The notes beneath the pieces are model-generated. The model searched no databases. It saw only the letters and a list, made by a program, of their open reading frames with translations, and was not told where the DNA came from. Shown piece after piece: positions 22,504 through 34,282 of a stretch of 64,000 nucleotides of DNA. Both the position numbers and the translations under genes were made by a program. This stretch comes from Dudresnaya verticillata (taxonomy: Eukaryota), in assembly GCA_977862235.1 (NCBI GenBank), contig OZ374558.1, positions 2,976,001-3,040,000 on the forward strand. The letters run 5' to 3'. Positions within the stretch are counted from its first letter, which is position 1; each line of letters starts with the position of its first letter.

Positions 22504-24647
22504 ATGCCGCCGAAGACGTCCACCACAGCCCCTGTGAAAGGCCATAACCCCTCCCTCGATACCGCTGCTGCTCTGAGGACCTTAGGTGAAGAAATCGCTC
22601 GCCGTGAAGAGGAACTACAGCGCTACGATCAGGCCCCGTCCGTTTCAGAGAGCGATGAAGAAGCGGATGGAGAAAACCCAGTTGTCACTCGTTTTACGGA
22701 AGAGGATGGCAATCGCGCCATTATGAGCATGACAAACTTCTCTTATAACGAGTTTACGGCCGCTTGGAATCACTTTGCAGACAACATCGAGAATTACAAC
22801 ACCGGACGTGGCAGTAAGTCACCGCTCAAGGCAAAGGATATCTTCTTTATTACCTTAGCAGTTCTCAAGCACGGGACTAAGTGGGACTTGATGGCTCACC
22901 TCTTCAAGATTAAAGCTCCTACATTCGAGAAAAGAGTAACAAGTATGATTGACATCCTCTCAGATTACGCATACAACAAGTTTATGTCTCGCTATCAGGA
23001 AAGATATACGACGCACAAGCTTATTGAGTCTAAGAAGACTTTCCGAACGTACGCGATCTGTCGCTACGTGTGGCAGTATGGACACTGTCAGCAGAAGGGC
23101 TTACAGGAGCGCACTTCTTTTCGCGGGACAGACTGTTCCTTAATCAAGACACCTGTCCTTTCATCGCTGTACACGTGGATGACACGTAGGATACACGTGT
23201 GTACACGTGTATACACGTGGCCCTACAGCTGTACACGTGGCGTACACGTGGCATTGCAATGACGCCAGTTGGACAACTCGTATTTGCTGATTTATGACGC
23301 GCCGCTGCGCTCCTACTCACGAACGAGGGGCACCTCTGCGCTCACGGTATCGACAATGCAGCCGAGACCCTAGTCTGGACACCTGCGCATCCGCCAACAA
23401 GTCCTCTAACTGGAACGCATTCCCCTATTTACATTACACTGACTGTACTAATCTTTGTAACTATAATCACAGACTAGCTTAGACCCCTTTTCGGGCTGAT
23501 AGAGTTTTCGGCTGTCAAACCCTACTAACGGGCGCCGGAATAGCCGGCGCCCTCAGAATAAACACTCAGCGGAGTTGTTCGGAAAGCCTTCACTTTTTAG
23601 TCGTTCGGACGCTCCGAGCCTGCAGGGGTCGCCCAGTACAGGCCCGGACATCGTACGACAAGTACTCTACGAAATACCGGGTCGCAACCTCTATATCTTC
23701 CTTCAGTCGGTCGCGCCGAGTCTTTACCGTGCTTCCGCACCCCCCCTTTCGGGTCATCAGGGCCCGCCTCTTTCCAAGCCTCTACCAAACCCCCTTCGAG
23801 CTACCACCAATTAGCGTGTGATATCGGACAGCTGTCTTTTCTTGTTCTTTGCTGTTTTTGGCCGGTGCCATACTGCTACACTGCGCTTGTGATGTGACGT
23901 TCCAACAAAGGTTTCGTCCAGGTGGGTCCCTGGAGGAGGCAAAAGGGATGTTTTCCGGCAAGCACAAACTGTACGGATTCAAGGTAAAAGTGAGTGTGCT
24001 TCCGAACGGTTTTGCAGTTGGAGTAAGCAAGCACTACCCCGGGTCCGTTGATGATATCGAGATTATGCGGCGTCGCATTGGGTTTCACCTCAATGCTCTG
24101 CAAAAGCGTGGCGCGGAATGCGCAGTCGTGGATGTTGGAAATGGAGCCAGCGCGCATGAGGGGAGTTGGGCAGCACTGTTGGACAAGGGGTACACTGGTA
24201 TTGAGGATGAAGTTCGTGCCGTTGTGCCGAAAAAAGCCACAGAGGGGAATGTTATCTTTGGCTGATAGGATGGACAACGAAGCTAAAGCCTCCGATCGGG
24301 TGATAGTGGAAAACTTTTTCGGGCGGCAGGGAACGGTATGGGCGGTTGTCAGTTCAAAGTTTCCCTGGGCTGAACAGCTGTATGATCCTTTTTTTCGTCT
24401 AACAGTTGCGTTGACGAGCATACATTTGCGCTGGCACCCCCTCCGCGATGCATACTGGAAAGCTTACGAGCGTTATGGAAAAAGGCTGGCGGTAATCGCC
24501 GAAACCGGTATCAATAAGCGCAAGCAGGCTCAGGCGTCTTATCGTAGGCGTAGGCGTCGCACGATGGAGCGAACTGTTCGCGGCCATGTGGAGGAGGAGG
24601 GGGCCGGGGCCTTGCTGAACGATGATGATTACGACGGCAGCGAGTAA
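22504..24647 (+). pseudogene. PIF/Harbinger-ISL2EU-type DDE transposase (DDE_Tnp_4-like), interrupted at 23069-23880 and frameshifted near 24245
   Basis: HTH segment FITLAVLKHG..LF; motifs YA|CDVTFQ, FSGKHKLYGFK, LLDKGY and DRVIVENFFGR. Confidence 0.88.
23069..23880. mobile_element. Solo-LTR-like unit, family F (812 bp)
   Basis: 13-bp inverted termini TGTGGCAGTATGG/CCATACTGCTACA with TSD CTACG/CTGCG. Confidence 0.9.
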
Positions 24648-26746
24648 ACGTACTGTAGCAGGTCGGGGAGGGGGGGTACTTTGAGAGTAGCTACTTGATG
24701 ATTAAATGCGTTGTTTTTGTGGCGTTCATTTATGGCTTCGCAGTAACCGAGACGTCGGCCTCATCAAGTACAGTAGCGAAAGACCGTCTAAACTTACAGA
24801 CACTCACTCTCCTCCAAAAAGCCGTTAACTGCTTGGCAGACCTATTACAAGTTTCTTCAAGTGGTTTTCGGCCGTTCCGCAAGGTCACTACCTTCCAGAA
24901 AAGGGATTTTGCGGACAGATAGCGAAATTATTAAAAACTAAACACAAAGCCTTTACCAAATGCCAAACCAGAGCCCGTCACTGGACTCAGCGTGGAAAGT
25001 ACCTATAGAAAGCACCCTCTCCATATCGATTGAAAATGACTCGGCTCCAGCCACTCAGGTGCCGTCAGGAGCGCCATTCTTGCCCGTCGCAGGAGGGCAG
25101 GTAAATTGCGGACAAAAGGAGTGTGGGCGCGTCGCACTGTGCAGAAGCTCCCAAGCCAGTTCTGCACCCACCGCGAACGCGGCAAGGCGCGGCTTGCCCC
25201 TTTGCTTGAACCGCCCCGTCGTGCCCGACACAGACGCCTTCCCACGGGCGAAGAAAGACTCCCATGAGGCGTGTACCGAGCGAGCCATTGTACGTATTTC
25301 GCTTCGCCGCTCGATTCGTGCCCGCTTTGCGCGCTGCACCTCCTCGCGCTGAACGCGAGCCTCTTTCTGTTCACTAACCTGCCTTGCTCTTGCTGCCTTC
25401 CTATCTTCCGCTGCAGTAATCTTACGCGTCCTGTCCATCATGCGCTGCAGGCCTTTCATGGCTTTTTCGGCAGCTTTGGATGCTGCCGCTTCCTGACGCT
25501 GCTACTCGCGGGCTACTTTGGCAGCATCACGTTCTGTCTTTCGCTGCGCTTCTGCAGCATCCCTGGCGAGCTTGGCCGTCTTCCGCTGCTCGGCTTCGGC
25601 GTCGCGTTCGAGCTGCTGCTGAGCGGCTTCAGCTTCAATTGCCTTTCGGCGTTTTAGAGCCTCACCTATCGTGACGCACTCTGCCGCCGCCCCACAGTCG
25701 AGGGCAATGCGTCGCCGCGAAGGAATGCCGGGCTCTACAGCGCGGCTTGAGGGGGGCGCTTGAGGATTGACGACGTCCGTTCTTGCGGATAGAATCCTGT
25801 TGACCGTCTCAGTATTAGCGAGCAACATGCTTAGACTTTGTAAAGCTTTTGAGTGACCTCCACTTCGCGTTCCTTCGAGTATCTCTTTAGCCTCCAAGAA
25901 GGTGCTTGTGTCTGCGCGACGACGGCGTACGCTCGGTAACCGCGACGCAACTCCGGCATTTTCGAGTCGCTCCATCTCACCCACGGCGGATTCAATGCGA
26001 ATGTATCTGGCGGTTGTGAATCGTGTGGCAAACTGAGCATCGAAGGGAAAAATTCCTGTGTTCTTGAACTACTGCTTGATGTCGTTGATTGTGATGCTCT
26101 CAAACGCGAACACTCCACACGCCAAGTTGAAGGACACCTGTCTTGTGTCCATAGCCATCACCCTGCAGAAGTCATCCCTTACTTGCTTTAAAGCCTTTTT
26201 AAACCCTTTGTTAACGTGCTGGTCGCATGACTGGAGGAAGTGGGACGTGTTGGCAGCGGATACGACTGCCTCACATTTGTTTGCTTGGCACGTCTCGATC
26301 CATTGCGTTCCTTTACTAGAACTATGACCATCAAGGACAAGAACATAGTGCAAATCAGCCCGCACGACTTCACGGACAGACTTATTGATATGCGTCATCA
26401 GTGCGGGCATAACAGACATCTCCATAGAACCGTTTTCAGTCACCTTGACCACTCCATCTGCGGGAAACCAGTCGCTATTATAGAACTTCTTGCAAGTCAA
26501 CGGCACTTCCTCCTCTCGCATTACAGCTGTAGCTGCTAACGCATCTGTCCAGTTGCTCATCACGCGCTTTCCGGAGACGATGAAGAACGGGGGCGTCTTA
26601 CGCCCAGAGCCGGAAACGGCTACCACAGCTGTTATATGCTTGTTAGTTCCCTGAGCACCAGAACATGATGCAATGCCCCCGTGATGGCCCGTTGATGAGC
26701 AAAAAACCTTTCGCACCGCGCCTGTGGGGGCGTCTACAGCCGTTTC

Positions 26747-27499
26747 TGTGGTATAGACGCTATCCTCGAAACGACTCCGTGGTCTACGTGAAAACAATCG
26801 AGAAATGCGAATTTCGAAGTGACTCCGTGAATGCGCGCGCCACGATGGCAAACGTATTACAGTGCGCATACTGTGCGCGCGCTACGATGGCATTCGCATT
26901 ACAGCCCGCACGCGATACGAAATCGCTGACACCTTCGTGACTTTCCCGTTGTTTCCCGCGCATAACGGCACCGGGGCCCACGAGACACGCGCACCTCCGT
27001 ATGCATCGCTGGCGCACTTCGCAACCACCACCATACGTGAGGCGACCGTTCGTTGGCACCGAGGCCGTTACGAATCATTCGAGCACGAACCGTCTCCCGA
27101 GTTGACGTGCATTCGTGCTCGTGCAGTATTACTTAGCCAGTCGTCTGGCACAACCTCCGAGGGTTTCCGGCAAGCGACTAGCGCCCGGACCTCGGAGTCT
27201 TCGGTAAACGCCTGTTTCTTCGAGTTCGGTGTCTTCGTCTTCGTGACCGCGGATACGGTCGAGCCTCGCTTTCGATAGCCCCGCGCACCCGGAGTCATCC
27301 CCGGTAATCGATCGCTCGAGTTCTCTCTTCCGCACACGAATACGTTGACACCGTGGTCCTTCGTGTTGGTCGCTCCGCTCTACCACGCTACCACCCCTTT
27401 TCGTTTCTCCGTTAGGCTACGAGGCCATTTGTTAGGCTCCGAGGCCATTCCTTACAGTGCGAGACTTTCCCGCGTCACCGTGGACTTCGTTATACCACA
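26747..27499. mobile_element. Solo-LTR-like unit, family C (753 bp)
   Basis: Ends TGTGGTATA/TATACCACA with TSD GTTTC. Confidence 0.92.
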
Positions 27500-27819
27500 G
27501 TTTCATCTACATTCCATACGCGGTACACGTCTAGAAGAGTTCCAGGATGCTTTGCTTCCACTTGTTCCAGTGCAGTAAATAGCGTTTGGACATGCATGCG
27601 GTCTTCGGCCCGGAGCTTCGCGGCCTCCTTATTTTCCACCTTGCGAAATGTTATCTCCCTGTGGCGGGCGCGAAAGGCCCTAGTAGTGTCATCGCAGGGC
27701 ACGCCGTTACGCCAGCCATCCCTTCCATCTGCTGCTATGCGAGACATTAGATGCTTTATACCATCGTGATCGATTGCAAAGCCCCTTGCCGCAACGAAGC
27801 GGATACGGTCTAGAATCAT

Positions 27820-28721
27820 TGTGGTGCAAACGTCTGAGACGATAGACCGCCGAACAGTTCGGGGCTCGGTGGGTAGCTGCGCCCTAGGCGGTGAGTAGTC
27901 CCGCCTTGGGCGACTTGTTGGTAGAGCAAAGGACACGCCTTGGGCGGACTGTAAACGCCCGAGGCGGAAAGGAAGGGAAAAGGGAACAGAAAGGGAACAC
28001 GTCAAGGATGATGGTAGACGTGGAAGCACGGGAGGTAGACGCTTGAGCCGTAGGCAGCGGTAGGATACGCGCGTGCGGAACGGGGAAGTCTGGACCAAGG
28101 CCGGCTTGCCCGGGCGTTTACTGTTACGTCTGGGACGGCTTACCTAAGTATAGTACGGCGATGCGGCGGCGGCGGTGCGTGTGCGTAGCGCGGGAACTTG
28201 GGACAGGTGTCGTCCCGAGGTGCGTCTGACAGGTCACCCATCGCATGCAGCCGCGCGCCTGACAGATTGCTGTACAACCCCCTGTGTGGGTGCTTACACG
28301 CACACGTGGACGCGTGTGCCTTATAGCCGTGCGCGCGCGCATACTGTAGAGCGTGCGCCTTGGATCTAATCCGATACTTGTCCGATCCCGATCCCATCCG
28401 GATCGGGCCAGCAATGCGAATGCCCGCAGCCTTACAGGCGCGGATCTTACAGCTTAGGCGATCCGGATAGCCAATCGGGATACCGGATCCGGATCCCATC
28501 TGGATCCGTATTACAGTGCCCCGGGGCGCCACGTCGGCCCATCACCGTACAGTGCCCGCGTGGCGCGCGGCGCGCAGTGTGCGCGCGCGCCCCAGTGAGC
28601 CGTCGATGACGTGTTCGCGCGCCAACGGCGGTGGTGAGCGCCGGTGGCAGTTTCTCCGTCGGTCGACGTATTTGGTCTGCCCGCTTTCAGCGAAAAAGGG
28701 CTCACCTCCCCTTGAACCACA
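27820..28721. mobile_element. Solo-LTR-like unit, family B (902 bp)
   Basis: Ends TGTGGTGCAA/TTGAACCACA with TSD ATCAT. Confidence 0.92.
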
Positions 28722-30632
28722 ATCATGCCCTCCTCCCCATCTGTGAGAACAGTCGGACGACCGGGCCCGCGGCTTTCTAACATCTTAGAAATTCGTTCTC
28801 CATCTTGGCGACGCAACAGTTCCTTCAAGTCCCCAACAACGGTCTTAGGGACACCAGTGGAGGCCGATATGTTCCGGATAGAATGCGTCGTAGAGCACAG
28901 TGGGTCAAGGGCTTGTTCGCGCCCTTGACGCCGCATCTCTGACCTTTCGTGGCTTCGGTTGCGTTGTAGTGCCTGTCGCCGCATCGTGGGAGCCATCAGA
29001 ACTTGTCTCGAGCGTGCCTGCCGGTGTTCTCAATATGTCTGCATGACCGGGTGGCCAAGAGTCCGTGGGCAGGTGATGGCTCACTTCGCTGACCGTATGG
29101 GTGCCAGGATGGGCTATGTTTCGGTTTAGTGTTTGGCGCGAAGTTGCCTCGGAGGCATTGGCATTGGCGAATGGCTCTCGGACAAATGGCGGTGCACTAA
29201 CGGAGTGTTGAAAGGGCTGGGGCGCCTTGGTGACGGTGGTACTGTTTTGTCCGCAATTTACCGCATGTCCACAATATCCCTTTTCTGGAAGGTATCTACT
29301 GTGTACCTTTTCAACCATGTAAAGAACCTTTGACACTCCATGAAAATGTTGTTGGTTCGGCCATGGTGAAGAGGATGGGCCTTTGTGGGGTTGTGCCTGC
29401 CCACAAGGCGAGGCGAGGATGATACGCCTTCCTGCTCGCGCCAGCTCAAGCTATTCTGGTGGACAATACACCCTTTCATACGTGTATGACGTTTCACGCA
29501 AAATCAATCTAATGTGAAAATCATTTCTGTTGCGTAATCTCTGTAATGGTCCAATAGACAGTAGCCATAAAGAGTTTTGCCATTGATGGGTATCGCAACT
29601 CACCCTTCGACATCGAGCCATATTGTTCATTCGTTTGACCTTGTGTCACAGCGGACTTTCATCGAAAAGTAACCACACTTGATGTATCCAATGGACAGCA
29701 AATCGATCTTGACGGTTTCTTTCAATGCGACGAGGAAGGCGGCGTTAAAGTTATTTCGGGCACCGTCGTAGTCCTGGCATGCGTACAGCTTTTGAAAGCC
29801 GCAAAGAGCATCTAATATACTCCATTGGCTGAATAGCGATTGACAAGTTTGGCGTCAGGTTGGTTGCCGGGGCCGAAATGCAGCTACAGCGCCCAAGATC
29901 GGGGAGACCAGTAGCCCATTTTTCCAGGCGCTTGCATTGCTCGCGAAGAGAATATTCTTTTATAGCCCAATGACTGCGGAGTTATCAGTTAGTCATAATT
30001 GTAAACGAGTATCTTCATGTCCTTGAAGACTGATTAAATGCACTGGTGGTAACTATCTCATTCCATTGCCCACCTGCAATAATATTATCCATGCACCGTA
30101 GCTAAGAGAATATGCATTTCTCCTTTTCCTTGATGTGTTGTTCAAACTGTTATCCGTCAAACGATTATCCGCCTCCAGTACATAGTTTAGTTGTGCAAGC
30201 ACAGAATTGACACTCTTGTTCAGCGTTGTGTGGTACACGAAAAACGACAGTCAAAAAGAACCAGTCTCGAATGCCTATGAGTGCTGCATTGTCCAGCGCC
30301 GCATTTTCTAAGTCATTCGTGCCATGCAATGTATTATACAGCGGCTGAGGGATCGGCTTTTATTTCGGTAAGTCTACGCAGAACAGATCAGTTTCTATCA
30401 AGGCACAGGATGTGTCTTTGACGTTACGACTTGAGCGCCTTATGGATTTCACTTTAGCACGCCTTATGGGCTTTCTCTCAATCCGAGTACAAGAGTCGAA
30501 AAGTTCTTTCCAACAAAGGATTGATTATTTTTGATTCTGCTCCCTCCCCTCTTTGTAAGAACTATCAATTGTTTTAACAAGCACAGTACCCCCACAAAAG
30601 ATCATCTACTCACCATTACCCCCAACTTCGCT

Positions 30633-31592
30633 TTAGATTGTGAAAGCTGCAGATCCCTTGAAGCTAAGATCGCCTGGAGTATAAGTACCCGTTTTGGTTA
30701 AGATTACGTTGTCGTTCCAAATGACAGTCAGCGTGTATGCGTACGAGAGCTCAGGCGTCTCCTCGAAACTTGACATCCGGTAGCTCATTGGCCAATACCA
30801 GGCGCAGTGTGGATACATTGTGCGATGACTGAACGGAATCACTCCTCGCTTTTCTCCCATCCGAATAGACGCACGTTTGAAGTGGTTTTCGTAAGAGATC
30901 CTGTACGTTCCGGAAGTAGGTTTGTAGAATACAACGCTTTCCTGACCACCGGTGCAACCGCTGAAACAAACCCTGTTGATTGTTTCGCCCTTAATACCGC
31001 CAGGACCATCGACAAAAACGTCAAGGTCTTCTGCAGAAGCCCATGTCAAATCGACAATCAGCGGAGGCGTTCTGATTGTGAATGCCACGCAATCTCTTGC
31101 AGAATTAGTACGAACCAGTGGTAGAAATCGTCGGTTTGCCCTGTCCATGGTTTCGTACGACGTGATGGGAAGTACAACACACTTGCTTGTGAGAGAGCTT
31201 CGCTGGACCCCACTCATACTGCGACGCAAGTCCACTCCTTCCCGTCCAGTTGAGTGTGAAATTCGGCGGGCACTAAACCCACGTCTCCAAACGCTTTGTG
31301 AAACTCTACGCCCTTTTTTCGTTGCAAAGCTTGAGAACTGTCTCTCTCCGTCGAAAGCCCTGATCTCACCGGTTGAATGAATCCTGAACAGTTCTTCGTT
31401 CTTTCCAAAACGTCGGCAAATGTAGGGAAAACCAGATACTTCATTGGGGCGAACAAACACATCGGCTGCCGTTCCTAACACTTTTCCGTCCGGTCTACAG
31501 AGTCGAAACAAGCATCTCTTTCCGCACTTGAAACCTTGAGCGGGAGTCACCGCAACAAGTAATGAAAGGAGCAAAGCGAGAAAGCGTAGCAT
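30633..31592 (-). CDS. Putative secreted protein of unknown function
   Basis: Intact ORF with signal peptide MLRFLALLLSLLVAVTPAQG. The motif LTWASAEDLDVFVDGPGG resembles the YfaP/DUF2135-type L.W....DLDL.V..P.G. Confidence 0.75.
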   Translation of the reverse strand: MLRFLALLLSLLVAVTPAQGFKCGKRCLFRLCRPDGKVLGTAADVFVRPNEVSGFPYICRRFGKNEELFRIHSTGEIRAFDGERQFSSFATKKGRRVSQSVWRRGFSARRISHSTGREGVDLRRSMSGVQRSSLTSKCVVLPITSYETMDRANRRFLPLVRTNSARDCVAFTIRTPPLIVDLTWASAEDLDVFVDGPGGIKGETINRVCFSGCTGGQESVVFYKPTSGTYRISYENHFKRASIRMGEKRGVIPFSHRTMYPHCAWYWPMSYRMSSFEETPELSYAYTLTVIWNDNVILTKTGTYTPGDLSFKGSAAFTI

Positions 31593-32974
31593 GGTAGGAT
31601 TGGGAAATGGTTGCACGAACAGAGGGAGAGAAAGCAGTACTGCTGAGAGTTGCTCCCAGAAGAATTACCAGGTGGTGCAACGATGCGCTATTTAAAGTCT
31701 TACAATTCGAGGAAAGTTGTGGGTGCTCGAAGCTTGTTGAGAGGAGTTTCTTTGCCTCCACAGGAGATGATTCGCGTCACTTTCGCTGAGAAAGAGGTGA
31801 TCACAATCACATGTGCAGATGAGTACGAACACGATGCGGGCTCCAATATGCAGGAAGAGTGATTCCAACAGTACGGAAAATGTTGTTCCTACGCTTAGCA
31901 AAGTGAAGAGAGAGATGCTTTATACTTTGTGTGGTGTAGGGGTAGCAGGAGCACCTCCTTGCGTTGCATGCGATTGGATGACAATATCTCTGTGAGCTTG
32001 TTGGTCCATTTGCCCTCGGATAGATGCTCACAAGGTACAGATCCACACCCGCGGCCTCTGTGTAAGGCAAGACAATTAACTGCTTCTACACGAGCTGCAT
32101 TATTACGCCATTGCAGAGTACGTGAATGACGTTCCGCATGACTCCCAAGTGTCTGGCGCCGTGGGGGGATCGGACTTGAAGGAAACGGGATGCGGTCAAT
32201 GCACTGGAAAGCAAGGAGAAATCTGCTGAAGAGGCTTACCGAGGCCAAGCTACACATTCGCTTTTAGCCGCCGCGGTGGAATTTTTGGAAGCACTTGAAG
32301 AAAGGACCAAAGCAATGCAAGAGCCGGATGCAATTGGGCTCGAAACTCGGAAAGAAAGGAGGGATCAACCGGGCTCTGGAGGCTTTCGTTCCTGAAGTTG
32401 GACAGTTTGCCCGCAGAGTTACAGGTCACGTGAAAGGGTCATCGACAATCCGTGCCCTTGCATCGTCCCACAGCATCGTCTTCTGACTGCTGCACACATG
32501 ACAAACTCACCGCTGAGCCATACTTGCGCGGGACACTGGGACAGGCTGTTCCTGGCCATTTGGGAGTTGCCCTTCGACCGTAGGACAGGCCGCGCCAACA
32601 CCAATGTTTTGTATCTATCCTTCTCAACCGTTTACACTTAAACCGCCTTGGCCAGGAAGGCGCTGAATTGAGGTACAGTTGAGCAGCTTTACGAGAGCAT
32701 TCCCACTCTGGACTGCAGGAGCCGAGGCTACGTGTAGTGTAGTGCATACACGTTGTCTTCATAGGCCCGTCCTTCTTTCCTGGCCGTGCTTTTATTATCG
32801 TCCTAAGCAGTCAAAACGTTTTATAACATCAACCTCGTGTGAGAGCAGCACTTGTCTGAACGAGCTGTTGTGACACTAACATGACCCCTTTGTATAACCG
32901 AAGAGTGGAATAGCCCTCGCTCGATGCTTCGACGTGGCGCTCTCCCTACCTCGTAACAGACGCTGCTTCTCGGC

Positions 32975-34282
32975 ATGACCCTGTTTGGAGTGTTGCTATG
33001 GATGAACCTTCTACTCCCCCTCGCCCGCTCCGAGTCGCCCTCCCCGCCTCCACTTTTGCTCTCGTTCGACAACTGCACCCAAAAAACCGCGTGCAAGCCC
33101 CCGGCCCTGTGTCGCTCATCGCCAGGCAACAACTGCACAACATCGAGCGAGCTCTGCCTTTGTCTGCCCCCGTCGCCGACCCCATGTTCCGCCGACACCA
33201 CCTGCCCGGTCGGCGAGGAATGCGCCACGACATACTCCCTACCAGAACCTGCCGTGTGTGCTTCTCGTACCGCCATCCCACGGCTTAGGTTTCTTGTCCC
33301 TTACGTCTCGCAAAGCCCAGCGTCAGTTCCGGATGGCTATGCAACTTCTCCATGCACGTCCGATTCGCAGTGTGAGCTAAACCGCCCCTGCTTGTCAATC
33401 TACTTTGCTAGGTTGCGTCGAGTCTCACTCTGTGGAAAGCCTCCATGTGTGTGCTTATCGTGGATACCTGTGACATGCCTTACGGCAAGCGACTGTCACC
33501 CTGAGGAAACATGTGCGGAGACGCCACTCATAAGGAATGGACTACCGATGTGCGTGTCACGACGCGAGGTCAGACATCCAACGTTTCGAGTGCTGCCTCC
33601 CCCGCGACAAAACATGGGCAACACGTTAGACAATTGTACCGACTCAAGCCAATGCTTGGGCTCTCGCATATGTGTGCGCTACGGTTTCGACCGATACGAC
33701 CTTTCATGTCGCCCCGGCTTTCCATGCTGGTGTGTTCCGCCAAAGCAACCGGATTTCTGCGATGACGGAACGAGATGCGAGGGGAACGAGATGTGCGCGA
33801 GGGTTTTCCTATTGGAACGGCCTCTTTGTGTTTCAAAAGAGGTTGTCAAACGTTTCCGATTCATCATACAGGTTCCGGAGCAAGACCTTCTCAGAGAATC
33901 GCCCCCACCCAACTTTCAGTTTCCAACGGAAGAGCCAACACCTCAACCCACGTCACGAGCTGTGTGTGTAGATGCGCGATTGGTAATGGGGGAGCGTGTA
34001 TTTGAGAGAGATGTTTGGGCGATGGTGCTGTGCGATAAGGGCGGGAGCTGCGCAACCGCGGGACATGTTGTGATCTTTAACGGGACGGCGATGTTGATGA
34101 GGAGCTATTGCCGCATTGTCAGCTGCAGGCGTAGCGCAATGTGGGTCAACAGCCCTCGGCTAAGGCGGATGGTCCGAATGAGCACCCGCACAGATGGGTT
34201 AACGTTTACCGCGCTCGCAGCAAGGTTTGAAAGTACCCTCGAGGAGGTTTTTCTCACTGGCCTGGTTCGAGCGGGGTTCTGA
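32975..34282 (+). CDS. Putative secreted cysteine-rich repeat protein
   Basis: 435-aa intact ORF with a hydrophobic N-terminus, three Cys-rich modules and a C-terminal CVD..VLCD..GSCAT.GH..SYC..VNSP domain. Confidence 0.85.
   Translation: MTLFGVLLWMNLLLPLARSESPSPPPLLLSFDNCTQKTACKPPALCRSSPGNNCTTSSELCLCLPPSPTPCSADTTCPVGEECATTYSLPEPAVCASRTAIPRLRFLVPYVSQSPASVPDGYATSPCTSDSQCELNRPCLSIYFARLRRVSLCGKPPCVCLSWIPVTCLTASDCHPEETCAETPLIRNGLPMCVSRREVRHPTFRVLPPPRQNMGNTLDNCTDSSQCLGSRICVRYGFDRYDLSCRPGFPCWCVPPKQPDFCDDGTRCEGNEMCARVFLLERPLCVSKEVVKRFRFIIQVPEQDLLRESPPPNFQFPTEEPTPQPTSRAVCVDARLVMGERVFERDVWAMVLCDKGGSCATAGHVVIFNGTAMLMRSYCRIVSCRRSAMWVNSPRLRRMVRMSTRTDGLTFTALAARFESTLEEVFLTGLVRAGF

Larger units (their letters stand above)
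25055..28996 (-). pseudogene. pogo-like (CENP-B/DDE_1) transposase split by C1 and B1
   Basis: GRPTVLT..EE.MI|..RGFAI, VWNVDET|AV, PPFFIVSGK, LVLDGHSS and NTSHFLQSCDQ rejoin when the inserts are removed. There is a stop at 26069 and a later frameshift. Confidence 0.88.

Noticed and set aside
29260..30240. Host gene or pseudogene on the minus strand
   Set aside because: The frame looks coding but has several stops and no motif I can recognise.
31607..32900. Short ORFs between the two secreted-protein genes
   Set aside because: They are fragmentary with no recognisable similarity and were treated as intergenic.
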